A DNA stretch of 63,878 nucleotides, the filler included, from Lama guanicoe (Eukaryota), in assembly GCA_013239625.1 (NCBI GenBank). It is 76 parts of 73 records of this genome, joined end to end, with 100 filler letters (N's around TTAATTAATTAA, not from the genome) between each part and the next. Parts side by side here need not be neighbours in the genome. Positions count along the whole stretch, not along the records: positions 63,382 to 63,878 come from MU055956.1; 75 more parts are not named here. One strand, given 5' to 3'. The stretch's first letter is position 1. Each line of letters starts with the position of its first letter. The notes under the pieces are model-generated. The model worked only from the letters and a program-made list of their open reading frames with translations. It made no database searches and had not been told where the DNA came from. A program made the position numbers and the translations under genes. Below, one piece after another: positions 63,282-63,878 of this stretch.

Positions 63282-63878
63282 NNNNNNNNNNNNNNNNNNN
63301 NNNNNNNNNNNNNNNNNNNNNNNNNTTAATTAATTAANNNNNNNNNNNNNNNNNNNNNNNNNNNNNNNNNNNNNNNNNNNNGTTCTAATGTGCATCTGCA
63401 GTGAAATATGCTTACCTTAAAATTTATTTTTAAGTTTAAAAATTAAAAGTTCACTTTATGATGTGATTCTTCACATGCTCATTTATTACCCTAATGGAAT
63501 TTCTATGTTCTCAATTTTTTTTTCATTTCTAAGTCTCACATTTTAATTTCCTCACTTCAATCTCTTCATAAAGGTATACACACACACATACNNNNNNNNN
63601 NNNNNNNNNNNNNNNNNNNNNNNNNNNNNNNNNNNNNAAGAGTAACTCAATAGTGTAGGAAAGAAATCTTGCAATTATTCAGTAAGGTTTGAATTGAAAA
63701 TTACCCTTTTTTCCCCACATAGTCATAAATTACTCCTTCATTGGGACAGAGAATTTAGTTACTAATTAAAAGAGAATTTGCTATTTAGAAACAAGTTTAT
63801 AAGTTCATGAGAGATAAAATTTAAACTTTCTGAAGTATTACAGGGACTCCTACATGATCTCCAGCGGAAGGTTAACAT

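Noticed and set aside
1239..63337. Regularly recurring TTAATTAATTAA separating unique segments (CRISPR-like or piggyBac TTAA-like)
   Set aside because: Always embedded in exactly 44+44 Ns, so it is an assembly linker.

Overview
This is not a contiguous locus. It is about 76 short, unplaced mammalian scaffolds (roughly 0.2-1.6 kb) joined by about 75 artificial 100-nt linkers (N44-TTAATTAATTAA-N44), so adjacency across linkers means nothing. The source is most likely a camelid, based on a Vic-1-type tRNA-derived SINE and cetartiodactyl-type L1 3' ends. It is probably male, given an intron-containing HSFY copy. Repeats dominate. There are three satellite families: an AT-rich heptamer (TTCTATA)n satellite with a local 63-bp higher-order unit, a 267-bp GC-rich monomer and a 247-249-bp monomer. 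Also present are many LINE-1 fragments, MaLR and ERV1 pieces, and a class III (ERV-L/ERV-S-like) pro-pol fragment. Gene-like content is limited to an HSFY pseudogene fragment with a nonsense codon, two unidentified candidate coding exons and two CpG-island fragments. I found no convincing new biological system. The best leads are the HSFY copy, the satellite architecture, an Ala/Pro-repeat exon and an unclassified repeat seen on two scaffolds.
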